Positions 42,632-54,552 are shown, counted from the stretch's first letter. The stretch is DNA of 64,000 nucleotides from an uncultured Planctomycetaceae bacterium (GCA_963815195.1 CAWFGE010000001.1:20718-84717), one strand, 5' to 3'. Notes: generated by a model not told the origin, from the letters alone. A program made the numbers and translations.

Positions 42632-43156
42632 ATGTTGCGTCTCTTGATGTTCTCGTTGTTGGGTATTGTTTGCTGGCGGTTGGCCGGCGGGGAAACCGCG
42701 GTGGCCGCGGGGATGCGGGCGGGAACTCAAAAGTATTGCCCCGTGTTCACGGACCGCATTGTCGGGCCGAGCAGCCGCGCCATCCGGTATAAGGGGATCA
42801 AAGTCTACTTCAGCTCCGACTTGGCCGCCCGCAAGTGGATGCGCGATCCGGAGTCGTATTTGGACACGGACATCCTGCCTCAGCTCAAGGGTTTGACGTT
42901 TCGCGAACGGCTCATCCCGCAGCACTACTGCCCGGTCAATCGCAAACGAAAAGTCGGCATGAAGGATCCTTCGTTGATCTACCAAGGCCAGCGGGTGTAT
43001 TTCTTCGATCAGGAGGCGCTCAAGACGTGGAACTCGGCGCCGGAGAAATTCTTCGATCCCAAAATCCTCCCCCAATTCGCCAAAGAAGAAAAATCCCCCG
43101 ACTCGGAAGGCGACGACAAAGATGGCAAAGACGACATGCCTCCCGAAAAACCGTAG
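42632..43156 (+). CDS. Exported protein with two YHS-like repeats
   Basis: Signal peptide; QKYCPV..YKGIKVYF and QHYCPV..YQGQRVYF. Confidence 0.65.
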   Translation: MLRLLMFSLLGIVCWRLAGGETAVAAGMRAGTQKYCPVFTDRIVGPSSRAIRYKGIKVYFSSDLAARKWMRDPESYLDTDILPQLKGLTFRERLIPQHYCPVNRKRKVGMKDPSLIYQGQRVYFFDQEALKTWNSAPEKFFDPKILPQFAKEEKSPDSEGDDKDGKDDMPPEKP

Positions 43157-43276
43157 CCGGCCAATCGCCCGGCCGATCCAAAATCGCGGGAATTGGGAAT
43201 TTTTTGAAGTTGTCCATCGTATCTCTCGGTAGAAGTTGTTCTCGAATTAGACAAATCTCTGCCGAGGAGTGACAGA

Positions 43277-43687
43277 ATGGGTTTGGAAATCAATCGGATC
43301 GGCGATTCGAATTGGCCGCGGTATTTCCTGGTGTCGCGATCGCCGAAGGCCGTCCGGTTTTGGAATGGAGAGGATTGGGTCTCGGATTTCCCAAGCGCCC
43401 GGCTCTATGCCTTCCTGCCGGAGGTTTGCCGGGAGTTTGAACAGCTGCAAGCGGGCCGGCAGCGAGAAAACGGCGTGCAAGAGTTCGAAGCGACCGTGAC
43501 CGTCAAACTGCACGCGGGCCAACCCATGAGCGAACAGGAACTGGCCCGGTTTTTGGACCGCTTCGCCGAGTTGTTCCTGCCGACGGACGGGCCCACGGAC
43601 GATTCGCTCATCCAAGCGGAAATCCACTGGCACGAGCTTCGCGAACGCGTGCGGGATGAGTCCCCTCGCGAGGAATCGGCCGAATAA
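43277..43687 (+). CDS. Hypothetical protein
   Basis: GAGGAG RBS; fills the gap upstream of coaX. Confidence 0.55.
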   Translation: MGLEINRIGDSNWPRYFLVSRSPKAVRFWNGEDWVSDFPSARLYAFLPEVCREFEQLQAGRQRENGVQEFEATVTVKLHAGQPMSEQELARFLDRFAELFLPTDGPTDDSLIQAEIHWHELRERVRDESPREESAE

Positions 43688-43738
43688 CGCAGCAGGATTG
43701 CATTCGCGTCCCGCGGGAACCCCAAGAAAGGATCGAGT

Positions 43739-44539
43739 GTGAGTTTGGCTCGGCTGTTGGTCGATGCGGGCAATAGCCGAATCAAGTTCGGCTTGTTCGA
43801 TGACGCCCGCGATGCGGACGGGCTGCCCAAATGCTGGCGGTCGGCGACCGTTTCTGTGGGAGCCGATCTGCCGTGGAGCCAGGTCCGGGATTGGCTTTCC
43901 GCCGACCATGCCGAGGCCCCCCCCACCGTGCACGGTTTCGTCGCGGGGTCCAATCCCGCCGAGATCGCCCGCGTCAAGCAGGACTGGCCCGGCGAATGGC
44001 CGGCCCCCGTTCAAGTCGGCTTCGTGGCGGAGACGTTCCCCCTCAAGTTCCAGCTTCCCGAACCCAACAAAGCCGGCATCGACCGCTTGCTGAACGCCGT
44101 CGCGGCGAATCGTCTCCGCGATGCCTCGCAGGCGGCTTTCATTGTCGATAGCGGCACCGCCACCACGATTGACGCGGTGAACGGGGACGGCGAATTCTTG
44201 GGTGGAGCCATCCTGCCAGGCTTTGAACTCTGTGCCCGCGCCCTGCATCATTACACGGCGCTCTTGCCGCTCATTCCGCTCGACGAGTTACCGGCCGCAC
44301 CCGCCGCGGTGGGCGCGAACACGCGGGCCGCGATGCAAAGCGGCCTATATTGGGGACAAGTCGGCGCGGTCAAAGAACTGCTCGAGCAATCCAGCCGGCT
44401 TTTCAAGTTCGAGAATCCGCTCGTGCTCATCACCGGCGGCGGCGGCTCGCTGCTCATGCCGCAATTCCCGATTGCCCGCTGGATGCCGCACCTCTCCCTC
44501 CAAGGCCTGGCCCTGCTGGTGTCGCCTCTCGATTCTTGA
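43739..44539 (+). CDS. coaX: Type III pantothenate kinase
   Basis: VDAGNSRIK, GIDR, VDSGTATTID, GGAILPG and ITGGG motifs. Confidence 0.92.
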   Translation: MSLARLLVDAGNSRIKFGLFDDARDADGLPKCWRSATVSVGADLPWSQVRDWLSADHAEAPPTVHGFVAGSNPAEIARVKQDWPGEWPAPVQVGFVAETFPLKFQLPEPNKAGIDRLLNAVAANRLRDASQAAFIVDSGTATTIDAVNGDGEFLGGAILPGFELCARALHHYTALLPLIPLDELPAAPAAVGANTRAAMQSGLYWGQVGAVKELLEQSSRLFKFENPLVLITGGGGSLLMPQFPIARWMPHLSLQGLALLVSPLDS

Positions 44540-44601
44540 ACAGCGTTGTTACCCAATCAAACGAGAAAAAAAGCGCCTCGCACAAAGTGTTCGAGTCGTC
44601 C

Positions 44602-46074
44602 TTACCGCGCCTGCTTTTCGTATTCCTTGAGGGCCGGATCGTTGGTGTCCCGCATTAGCTGGACGAGCTTTTCGCGGTACGACGCGATCACATCCTGCAT
44701 GGCCGGGTCGTCGATGCGATTTTTGAGGGCGTCGGGATCGGCTTCATAATCGTAGAACTCGAACGGCACGCGATAGCGGAAAAGTTTCACGCGGGCGGCA
44801 ATCGCGGGATCGGACTCGGCGGCCGCGAGCATGGCCTTCCACGTCAGGCCGCTCATGGATTCGTTGCGGAACTGGGTTTCGCCGTCGCTCCAACCGTTCC
44901 AAATCAAGCCGTAGCGTTTGCCCTCGACGGACCGCATGCGATACATCCGCCCGGAGGCAATCGTGTTGATGTGCGTAAACACGAAATCGCGGCCCGATTG
45001 CGGTTCGCCTTTGAGGAGGGGCAGAAACGAGCGGCCGTCCATGCCCTCGATCGGTTCGATGCCCAGCGCGTCGAGAATCGTCGGAGCGAAATCCACGCCC
45101 GCGACGAGGTGTTCGACGTCGACCGTTCCAGGCTTCACCACGCCGGGCCAGCGGACGATCCAAGGCGTCCGCGTGGAATGCCGGTAGACGTTGGTTTTGG
45201 CGAACGGCACCGCAATGCCGTGGTCCGACTTGAGCATCACGAGGGTGTTCTCGCTAAACCCCGCCCGACCGAGTTCCGCGAGCACCCGGCCGACGACATC
45301 ATCCGCCCGCCGGACCGAGCTGTAGTACTGGGCAATCTCTTCGCGAATCTTGGGCAAGTCCGGCAGAAACCCCGGGACCGCGATTTCCTGGGGCCCATAA
45401 ATCCGCGACGGGGCCGGGTCATCGCGCGGGCCGTTCCGCTTATCGGCGGGTTTGCGGTTGTCGAAGGGGCGGTGCGGATCGTGCGCGTTGACCATGAAGA
45501 AAAACGGCTGGTCCGCCGCCTTGGCCTTGGCGAGAAACTCCGCCGCGAACTTGCCGTACAATTCGGCACTGCGGCCGTTTTTCATTTCGCCGCGGCCGCG
45601 CTTGTAATCGAACGCGTCTTTGCGGGAAGGCACGACGTGCTCGGTCTTCCCGAGGATCCCGGTGAGAAAACCGTGGCTCTTGAGCGTTTCGGGCAGCGTG
45701 GGCACGCCCCGGCGGATCGCATTGAACCCCAGCGCCCCGCTGTTGTGCGGATACCGCCCGGTCATCCACACCGCCCGCGTGGGCTGGCAGATCGCGATCG
45801 TCACATGCCCCTGCTCGAAACGGAGCCCCTCGGACGCCAGGCGGTCGATGTTCGGCGTCGTCTCGGGAACTTTCGCTCCATAAACGCCCACGGAATCGCG
45901 GTTCATGTCGTCGAGCGTGATGAACAGCACATTCAACCGCTCGTCGGCCATGCCGCGGGAACCGGCGAAAACCGCGAGGCTCAACAGGATCAAAAGACTC
46001 TTCGCCCACCGCCAGTCTCGGACGGCGGGGCCGGTCGTCAAATGGCGAGAAGAATCGCGTTGCGGGAATGGCAT
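44602..46074 (-). CDS. Formylglycine-dependent sulfatase (SGSH-like)
   Basis: NVLFITLDD, TPNIDRLA, CQPTR (CxPxR), DPHRPF and SDHG motifs. Confidence 0.9.
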   Translation of the reverse strand: MPFPQRDSSRHLTTGPAVRDWRWAKSLLILLSLAVFAGSRGMADERLNVLFITLDDMNRDSVGVYGAKVPETTPNIDRLASEGLRFEQGHVTIAICQPTRAVWMTGRYPHNSGALGFNAIRRGVPTLPETLKSHGFLTGILGKTEHVVPSRKDAFDYKRGRGEMKNGRSAELYGKFAAEFLAKAKAADQPFFFMVNAHDPHRPFDNRKPADKRNGPRDDPAPSRIYGPQEIAVPGFLPDLPKIREEIAQYYSSVRRADDVVGRVLAELGRAGFSENTLVMLKSDHGIAVPFAKTNVYRHSTRTPWIVRWPGVVKPGTVDVEHLVAGVDFAPTILDALGIEPIEGMDGRSFLPLLKGEPQSGRDFVFTHINTIASGRMYRMRSVEGKRYGLIWNGWSDGETQFRNESMSGLTWKAMLAAAESDPAIAARVKLFRYRVPFEFYDYEADPDALKNRIDDPAMQDVIASYREKLVQLMRDTNDPALKEYEKQAR

Positions 46075-46165
46075 TGTGCGCCTCTTGGAGGATGGCCTCG
46101 GCATTTAAAAAGTTGAGCCGAGTGAAATTGGAGTTTGGTTCGTGGTTGATCCCGGTTGTTTCCGT

Positions 46166-47557
46166 TTACCCGCGGCGGATGGCGTCCATGGGCATCATTC
46201 GCATGGCCCAAATCGCGGGGTACAGGCCGCCCAGGACTCCGAGCGCCACCGCGAACGCCACGCTGAACGTCAAGAGTCCTGGGCCCGCGTAAAGCTCGAC
46301 CCGCGCGGACCATTTCCAGTTGACAAACAACGTGCCCAGCCAGCCCAGAAAGCTCCCCAACACGCCGCCGCCCAGGCCGATCAAGGCGCTTTCGAAGGTG
46401 ATGAGTTTGAGCACATCGAATTTCGACCAGCCGTTGGCTTTGAGAATCCCGAGTTCGATGATGCGTTCGGTGACGCTCATCACCATCGTGTTGACGATGC
46501 TCAACACCGCGATAGTCACGCCGATGGCGGTGAGGATCATCAGCAGAATGTCGAGGTCCGCGGTGAACTTGTCGAACCGCTGCCCCCATTCCTGGGCCGT
46601 GCGGACTTCGAGCGGCATGTTCTTTTCCACCTTGAGCAGCGGGTTGATGCGTTCCGATTCGCCTGGCGAGGACGAGGGCGTTTCGCGGCCGGCGGATTGT
46701 TCTTCGTTCTTCGGGGAAGGCGACTGGGCGGCCGGCGACTGCTCGGCTTTTTTCTCCAGTGACTTGAGCCAGCGATCCAACAGCGTTGCGAGGAGCTTGA
46801 TCGGGTTTTGTTCGCCCGAGAGGCCCAAGCCGATGGAGGACGGGTTCCACGCCGGGAGTTTCCGGTCGCGGAACCGGGCTTGAATCCGCTTGACGAGCTT
46901 TTCCTTATCGACGCCGGGTTGGGGTTCGATATAGTAGCTCGTCACGGAATCTTCGGGAAAGCCCGTCATCTTGCGGACTTCTTCGATGTCCAGCACCACG
47001 GCCACGTCCAAGAGCAGCGAACCGGTTTCATAGATGCCCACGATGTGGTGGCGGAATTCGTTGATGTCCAGCGTATCGCCGACGCCGACGTGGTATTCCT
47101 CGGCGATCTGCGTGCTGATCAGGCAATTCCGCGTGCCCCGGTCGGACAATCTCAGATGCCGGCCCTGTTTGATGGTCTTGCCGTAAACATCCTCTCGGAG
47201 TTGCTGGCTGTGTAAGATGTCAAAGCCGAACCAGAACCGGGGCGGGCTGACGATCATTTTCTGATCGATCACGTTGATCCGCTGCCAGATTTCCGAGCAG
47301 ACCACGGACACGCCGGGCACCTCGGCGATTTCTTTTCCCCAAGACGCGGGCAGTTTGGAGAACAGCGGAATCGGCGCCCCCGGCTGCATCGCGGCGAGGC
47401 CGGGGATGCGGCCGAACGTCCGCTCGAGCTGCCGATCCAACCCGTGTGCGACCGAAAACAGCCCCACCATGCCCAGAATCGCCACCGTCAAACCCAACAG
47501 GGACAACAGCGAACGCAGGGGCCGGCTGAGCAAATTGCGAACGGCAAACGTCAACAT
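46166..47557 (-). CDS. MacB/LolE-type ABC transporter permease
   Basis: RNLLSRPLRSLLSLLGL, NTMVMSVTERIIELGILKANG and GGLYPA motifs. Confidence 0.88.
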   Translation of the reverse strand: MLTFAVRNLLSRPLRSLLSLLGLTVAILGMVGLFSVAHGLDRQLERTFGRIPGLAAMQPGAPIPLFSKLPASWGKEIAEVPGVSVVCSEIWQRINVIDQKMIVSPPRFWFGFDILHSQQLREDVYGKTIKQGRHLRLSDRGTRNCLISTQIAEEYHVGVGDTLDINEFRHHIVGIYETGSLLLDVAVVLDIEEVRKMTGFPEDSVTSYYIEPQPGVDKEKLVKRIQARFRDRKLPAWNPSSIGLGLSGEQNPIKLLATLLDRWLKSLEKKAEQSPAAQSPSPKNEEQSAGRETPSSSPGESERINPLLKVEKNMPLEVRTAQEWGQRFDKFTADLDILLMILTAIGVTIAVLSIVNTMVMSVTERIIELGILKANGWSKFDVLKLITFESALIGLGGGVLGSFLGWLGTLFVNWKWSARVELYAGPGLLTFSVAFAVALGVLGGLYPAIWAMRMMPMDAIRRG

Positions 47558-47946
47558 GCCAATTCAATACCTTCAAGTGTCGAGGGGGAAGTCAAAGAAA
47601 ACAGCGTGTCGTCAGCGGCCCACTCGATTCTAGGCGGTTCCGCGTTCCCCGGCATCCGTGGAACACGCATTTATGACGAAAACACCCAACTTCCGCGAGA
47701 GGAATCTTGGAAAAAGCCAACAGCGAAGAGCCAAGAGCGGAGAGCCGATCCCGCACGTCGTGCCGCGCCAAACCAAAACGTGCGGTTGAACAAATTAGCC
47801 GAAGGGCGCTCGCCCCGGTTTTTAAGCGAACCCAAGCGCGCGGGAAGGTGTCGGGTGGAAAAGGGATTCCATATTCACGACAGATCGCGACTTTGTATGA
47901 TGAGAAGAAATCGGCGACCAAATCTCAGCACGGCGGGACACGGGCG

Positions 47947-48357
47947 ATGTTTACCCCTTTCGAGCACACGGCGGATGTCGGCTTGTTTGTCCAGGCGGCG
48001 AATGTGAACGCCTTGTTCGCCGAGGCCGGCCGCGGGCTTCTGTCGATCCTTGTGGACGACCCGCAGGAAGTCCGCCCGGAACGCGAGTTGACGATCGAAG
48101 TCCCGGGCACGCAGCTCGATTATTTGCTGTTCGATTGGCTGAGCGAACTCTTGTTCCGCTTCGAGAGCGAGCGGTTGCTCCTGGCGGAGTTCGATGTGTC
48201 CATCGGTGAGAACGGCCTTTCCGCCAAGGCCCGCGGCGAAGTTTTTGAAGAAGGCCGACATCATCTCGCCCACGAGGTCAAAGCGGTCACCTATCATCAA
48301 CTCGAAGTCAAACAAACCCCCGACGGCTGGCAGGCCCGCTTCATTTTGGACATTTGA
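47947..48357 (+). CDS. Archease
   Basis: FEHTADVG, LLFDWLSELLF, EVKAVTYH and C-terminal LDI motifs. Confidence 0.92.
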   Translation: MFTPFEHTADVGLFVQAANVNALFAEAGRGLLSILVDDPQEVRPERELTIEVPGTQLDYLLFDWLSELLFRFESERLLLAEFDVSIGENGLSAKARGEVFEEGRHHLAHEVKAVTYHQLEVKQTPDGWQARFILDI

Positions 48358-48376
48358 AAAAACAAGGAACCAACGG

Positions 48377-49839
48377 ATGGCAAAAACCACGTATACCGGA
48401 CCGCTCGAGCGGATCAACGATGTCTGTTGGCGGATCCCCAAAACCTATAAGGCAGGCATGCGGGTCGAAGGGCGAATCTACGCCAGCGATGCGCTGATGG
48501 ACCTCGTCCGAGGCGATCAGGCACCGGAGCAGGTCGCCAACGTCGCGTTTCTACCCGGGATTCAAGTCGCGAGCCTCGCCATGCCCGACATTCATTGGGG
48601 GTACGGCTTCACCATTGGCGGCGTGTGCGCGACCGATCCCGACGAAGGCGGCGTGATCTCGCCCGGCGGCGTGGGTTACGACATCAACTGCGGCGTGCGG
48701 CTCGTGCGGACGAATCTGTTCCAGCACGATGTCAAACCCCATTTGCGGACGCTCGTGGACGAACTCTTCCGCCAGGTGCCCTGCGGCGTCGGCCAGACGG
48801 GACGATACCACTATAGCGCCAAAGAGCTGCGGCAGATGATGGAGCTGGGACCGGCCTGGCTCAAGGACCGCGACCTGGCGACCGACGGCGACATCGAGCA
48901 CACCGAAGCCCACGGCCGGCTCGAGGGAGCCCGGCCGGATTCCGTCAGCGAACGAGCCTTGATGCGGGGCAGCGACCAATGCGGCACGCTCGGGTCCGGC
49001 AATCACTTTCTCGAAGTCCAGGTCGTCGATGCCATCTTCGACGCGGAGGCCGCAGAGGTTTTGGGGCTGAAGCATGGCATGGTCTGCGTGATGATCCACT
49101 CCGGCTCGCGGGGCCTGGGTTATCAAGTCTGCGACGATGCCTTGAAAACTCTCCGCGGCGTGCCGGAAAAATACGGCATCCACCTGCCGGACCGCCAGCT
49201 CGCGTGCGCCCGATCTTAAGTCCCGAAGGCGAGCATTACCTGGGTGCCATGCGCGCGGCCGCGAACTATGCCTGGTGCAATCGGCAGCTCTTGATGTGGC
49301 AAGCCCGCGAAGTGTTCGAGACCGTCTTCGGCCGGCCCTGGCAGGAGTTGGGGATGAACCTCGTTTACGACGTGGCCCACAATATCGCCAAGTTTGAAGA
49401 GCACCAGGTCGACGGCGGACGGAAAAAACTGTGGGTCCACCGCAAAGGCGCGACGCGGGCCTTTCCGCCGGGCCATCCCGAAGTGCCGGCGCAGTACCAG
49501 AAAATCGGCCAGCCGGTGTTGATCCCCGGCGACATGGGCCGGGCGAGTTGGGTCCTCGTCGGACAGCCCGGCAGCATGGAGCAAACCTTCGGCACGACCT
49601 GCCACGGCGCGGGCCGGCAACTCAGCCGCACCCAAGCCGTGAAGCTCTCCAAAGGCCGGCGGATCGATCAGGAACTGCTGTCGCGCGGCGTCATCGCCCG
49701 GGCTCGCAGTTGGAAGGGTCTCGCCGAGGAACAGCCCGATGCGTACAAGGATGTCAACCTCGTGGTCGATGTCGTCCACAACGCGGGCCTCTCCAAAAAA
49801 GTCGCCCGCATGCGGCCCATCGGCGTCATCAAGGGCTGA
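48377..49839 (+). CDS. rtcB: RNA ligase RtcB (apparent frameshift near 49212)
   Basis: MPDIHWGYG, GYDINCGVR, GSGNHFLE, HSGSRG, HRKGAT, HGAGR and AYKD motifs. Confidence 0.95.
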
Positions 49840-49841
49840 GT

Positions 49842-49925
49842 GTGAGCGGCTGGGCGCTAGCCGCCGGCATAGCGCGAGAATCGGCGGCTAAAATCACGGC
49901 CGGCGGCTAGCGCCGTACCGCTCAC
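49842..49925. repeat. REPIN-like doublet, family B, between convergent genes
   Basis: GTGAGCGG..GGCGCTAGCCGCCGG..CCGGCGGCTAGCGCC..CCGCTCAC. Confidence 0.75.
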
Positions 49926-49932
49926 TTTATTC

Positions 49933-51133
49933 TCAACTCGGCGACAACCCGGGCTGCGGGCCGTCGTGCACGTGGGTCGCCCGGCCGTTTTGGAGTTTTT
50001 CAATGCGGGCGGTCGCGGCTTGGACTTTCTCGGCGGCATCGTGAATTTCGATCTCCAGCCGGGTCTCGTAGCTTTGATTGGGATCGAGCGAAATCACGCG
50101 GTTCTGCTCGCGCTCGAATGTTTTGAAGTTGGGCAGGTTCGTGGCGGGTTCCAGTCCGGTCACGTAGCCGTCGGCATTGGCGGCGGTGTTTTTCCAGAGC
50201 GTGAAGTAAGGCAGTTGATCGAGCGAAAAGCTCAAACCGAGCCCGCGGTCGCCGGCCGCGTTTCGCAGGAGGACTTCGGTTTGTTTTTTGGCATCGGCGG
50301 CGAGCTTCAGAAAATAAACCTGCTCGGCATAGCCGGCTTCCGGCTCCGTGTAGGTGTTCCAATGCCCGGAACCTTCCGCCGCCCGCGGATCGCGCGGCGA
50401 AACTTCGAGCGCCGGCGCGACGAGCTGCGCGGCGGGTTCCAAAAACGGCCGGCCCAAGTTGGTGTGATACAGCAACTGCAATTCCGCCGGCTGGCCGCCG
50501 AGGTTGGTGATCGTGTCCAAAATCCGCAGCCGATTGGAGCCGGCTGCGGTTTCGATTCGCGTGGTGAGCCGCAAACACGGGCCGAACATCGACGTCTCAT
50601 CGACGATTCCCATCACGGCGAGCGTCCCCGCACCGGCGGGGTCGGCTTCGATCTCCACGTGATGCGCGGGCCGGTTCGCAATCCGCCCGTGCAGCGTCAC
50701 CGGCGAGCGCCCGAGTTCTTTCCCCGACTTGTCCCGAACCACATCTTCGCCCGGCGGACCATTGAACGAAAGCCCGCATCGGCAGAGCCATTCGTTGAAA
50801 CCGGACAGCCAACCCAGGCCGCCGCGGTCGTTCAAATCGACAAACGCGGGATTAACCACCTGCCGGACGGGCGATTCCCATCCCAGCGGAATCCCGCGGT
50901 ATCGCCCCTTCCAAAGCCCCATCCCCCGCGTGGTCACGATGGAAACCGAGAGCGCTCCGTTATCGAGTTCAATCAGATCCACCCCGTCCGACAATCCGCC
51001 CTCCAACCGGCGATGCGCAATCGACCAAGCCTCCGCCCCAGCAAGCACAGGCCCCGCCTTCGAAGAGAGACTCCTGACCGTGATGAAACGTCTGTCCCGG
51101 CACATCGAAAACAACCAAGGTTTGTTTGCTCAT
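49933..51133 (-). CDS. DUF4432 / aldose-1-epimerase-like protein (probable 5' frameshift)
   Basis: TRGMGLW, LGW.SP, LHGRIAN, LLYHTNLG and YVTGLEPAT motifs; likely start MSKQT at 51133 in another frame. Confidence 0.8.
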
Positions 51134-51343
51134 AGCATTCCGAAGCATTTTGAGTGAATAAAGCGATTCAACAGGGCCGCTGATACTTGGTGGCACCGGC
51201 TACGGCGGCCTTTTGTTTTTGGAGACAAGAACCTGTCTCACACCGATGGCCGGCGGAACCGGCCCTACTCGGCAGCCTGACCCCGGCCACGCCCGCTGCC
51301 GTGACTTTGTGGCCTCTGCTCCTTTGTGGCCTTTGCTCCTCCG

Positions 51344-54004
51344 TCATTTGTACTGCAAATACCCGTCGCGTTCAAATTCCTGGATGGTCTCGAACAGGTG
51401 ATCGCGGATGTGGCGGAGGCGGTCGCCGTCGTGGATTTTATCGCCGCCCGAGTCGGTGACGTAAAACACATCGACCACCTGATCGAGATGGGTGGCGATC
51501 TTGGCGAGGATCACGGAGAGGCCCAGTTGGAAAATCGTGCGGGTGGCCGTGTAGAGCAGGCCGGGCCGATCGTGGGCGAAGACGTCGATGATCGTCGAGC
51601 GGGGCGAGGTGTTGTTGTCGATCGACACCCGCGTGGGCAGTTCTGAAAAATCCGGCGGGTCCTGAAGCTCGAAGCGGGTGTTGCGCTTGAACAACGGCTG
51701 GACTTCGGTTTCGCCTTTGAGCGCGCTCTGGATGGCCTGGGTCACATCCTCGATTCGGCTCTCGGGAATGGGGCCTTGATAGTCGCGGTCGATCACGCGG
51801 TAGCGGTCCACCACGTAGCCGTCCAAGCTCGTGCTGATGTTCGCCGCGAGAATCTCCAGCCGCTTCGCGGTCAGGACGCCGACCGTGCGGTGAAAGCACC
51901 CGGCGGCGGAGTTTTCGTGCGTAATCAGCCGGTAGGTGATGGTGCCGGTTTCGGGATCGGGGGCGCCGTCCACAAGAAACTCGCCCGGCTCCAGATGCTG
52001 AATCGCATCCAGGTCGGACGCGATTTGCTCCGGCGTGTATTCGTTGATGTAGTGGGGCGGAAAGGCGTCGAGTTCCCGGCTGATCCATTCGCCCACGCCC
52101 ATCTGGCCTTGCCTGGCTTTGAGCGGTACGATCGCCGAGCGGACGTACTCCTTGATTTCCTTAAGGCGTTTTTCCTCGCGGATTTGGAGCCGCCGGCCAC
52201 TCAAGACGTGCATCGTGCCGTCGTAAAGCTCGCTGAGCAGTTCGGCTTTCCAATCCGTCCACACGCCGGGACCGACCGCCGTGATGTCCGCCGCGGTGAG
52301 CACGAACAGCATCCGCAGCGTATCCGGGCTGCCCACACTATGGCTGAAGGGCAGCAAAACAGCCGGGTCGCTGATGTCCCGCCGAAACGCGAGGTGGGCC
52401 ATCTTCAAATGCTGATGGACCAAAAACGTCAACGTTTGGGCGCGGTGTTCGAGCAGATGCAGCCGGAGTCCGATTCGCTCGGCGATCGCTTTGCCCACTT
52501 CGCTGTGGTCTTCCTCGAAGCCTTTCCCCAGGTCGTGGAGCAGCAAAGCCAGGTGCAGAATCTCTTTCCGCTGGATCGCCCGGTACGCGTTTCCCAAAGG
52601 TCCCGGAACGTGCGTAAACCGCGTGGCGGCTTCCACGGCTCTTAAGGTGTGCTCATCGACGGTGTAGCTATGGTACTGATTGAACTGAAGTAAGCACCGC
52701 GCGTGGGCCATGTCGGGAATCAGCCGCTCGAGCACCCCCACGTCGTACAGGCTCCGCAGCGCCCTTCCCAAGTGCGCGGTTCGGCCGAGGATGGCCAAAA
52801 AGATCTGGGACGACTCGTAGGAAACGTCCTCCGGCAAAAGGGCGACGGCGTGCTTTAAGGCATCGATCAATTCGGGAACCGGCGATAACCCGTTGAGCAT
52901 GCTGTAATGAAACAGCTTGAGGATCTCTTCCAAACGGCCCAAAACCGTTTGCCGAAACCGAGGCAAGACGTCGATGCCCCGATAACTCACCCGGTACTTG
53001 CCTTCCGCGCGATGTGCGATGGCAATGTTGGCGAGCCGAGCCTGGAGCGAGCGAGGCTGATGGCGAATCAGAAACCGTTCGACGATGAGGGCGATATTTC
53101 GGCTGTGGCGGAAATAGGTCTGCATGAATTTTTCCACCGGCCGCTGTCCCGCCAATCCCGCGATGCCCCGAGCCTCGGCGATGCGGAGCTGCTCGTCGCG
53201 GGTCAACACGTCCTGGGCTTTGTTCGCGGCGAAATGGAGATCGAGGCGGATGCGGATCAAGTATTCGTAAGCGGCGATCAAATGCCGGGCGTCGTCTTTG
53301 TTGAGCGCCCCTTTGAGGCGGAGGGAATCGAGGTCCGCCGTGTGGTAATGGGCGAAGCCGATCCACCTGAGAAGATGCACGTCCCGCAAACCGCCGGCGG
53401 AGCGTTTGAGGTCGGGTTCCAGCTTTTGCACCGTCGTGCCGAATTGCCCGCGCTCTTCCCCGCGGGCGGCGATGCAATCCTGGACGAACGCCTTGAGCCG
53501 TTTGCGGACGACTTTCCGGTAGAAGCCTTTTTGCAAGTCTTCAAATAGCGCCGCCGAACCCCACAACCGCCGGGCTTCCACAAGGGCGGTGGCGATCTGC
53601 GGCTCGGTCTTGGCCATGCTCAGCGAATCGCCCACCGTGCGGACGCTGTGCCCCAGTTCGATCCCCGCATCCCAATACGCCCGCACCACCCGGGAAGTGA
53701 AATCCTGATGGACGGCTTGAACTTTGGGGGCATACAGAAACAGCAAATCCAAATCGGAAAACGGAGCCAAGTCCCCCCGCCCGGTTCCCCCGACCGCAAC
53801 GACGGCGGAATGTTCCCGCAGTTGCTGCTGGGCGGCCTGCGGCAATTCGGCGAGTTCGGCTTCGAGCAGCCGAATCACGAAGGCTTCCAGAGCCTCGGAA
53901 AAGCCGGCCGCGACTGGGACGCCGGGCACGCCGCTTTCAAAGCGTTCGCGGGCCTGCTCGCGAATCGCGGCGAATTCCGCCTTCCGCTGCTGGATCTGTG
54001 CCAA
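51344..54004 (-). CDS. glnD: [Protein-PII] uridylyltransferase
   Basis: AVGGTGRGDLAPFSDLD, GGLRD, YHSYTVDEH, LLHDLGKG and C-terminal ACT domains. Confidence 0.95.
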   Translation of the reverse strand: MAQIQQRKAEFAAIREQARERFESGVPGVPVAAGFSEALEAFVIRLLEAELAELPQAAQQQLREHSAVVAVGGTGRGDLAPFSDLDLLFLYAPKVQAVHQDFTSRVVRAYWDAGIELGHSVRTVGDSLSMAKTEPQIATALVEARRLWGSAALFEDLQKGFYRKVVRKRLKAFVQDCIAARGEERGQFGTTVQKLEPDLKRSAGGLRDVHLLRWIGFAHYHTADLDSLRLKGALNKDDARHLIAAYEYLIRIRLDLHFAANKAQDVLTRDEQLRIAEARGIAGLAGQRPVEKFMQTYFRHSRNIALIVERFLIRHQPRSLQARLANIAIAHRAEGKYRVSYRGIDVLPRFRQTVLGRLEEILKLFHYSMLNGLSPVPELIDALKHAVALLPEDVSYESSQIFLAILGRTAHLGRALRSLYDVGVLERLIPDMAHARCLLQFNQYHSYTVDEHTLRAVEAATRFTHVPGPLGNAYRAIQRKEILHLALLLHDLGKGFEEDHSEVGKAIAERIGLRLHLLEHRAQTLTFLVHQHLKMAHLAFRRDISDPAVLLPFSHSVGSPDTLRMLFVLTAADITAVGPGVWTDWKAELLSELYDGTMHVLSGRRLQIREEKRLKEIKEYVRSAIVPLKARQGQMGVGEWISRELDAFPPHYINEYTPEQIASDLDAIQHLEPGEFLVDGAPDPETGTITYRLITHENSAAGCFHRTVGVLTAKRLEILAANISTSLDGYVVDRYRVIDRDYQGPIPESRIEDVTQAIQSALKGETEVQPLFKRNTRFELQDPPDFSELPTRVSIDNNTSPRSTIIDVFAHDRPGLLYTATRTIFQLGLSVILAKIATHLDQVVDVFYVTDSGGDKIHDGDRLRHIRDHLFETIQEFERDGYLQYK

Positions 54005-54046
54005 CGGAGAACCGACGACTGAAATGCTCTCTCGCTCCTCTAAAAC

Positions 54047-54388
<342 letters not shown>

Positions 54389-54552
54389 TCAAAATCTCCA
54401 AAAACTAGAAGCGGGGAAGCGCTTTCCCGCGCGGTGAAAAACGCCCCGAACCGCCACGCCGGGCTTCGGGGCTGGAAATCAAAAAAGGCTGCGTGGGCTA
54501 AACGTCCAAGGAGGCAAATTGTGATGCCGGCGTCATTTTCTGTCTTCGGCGG

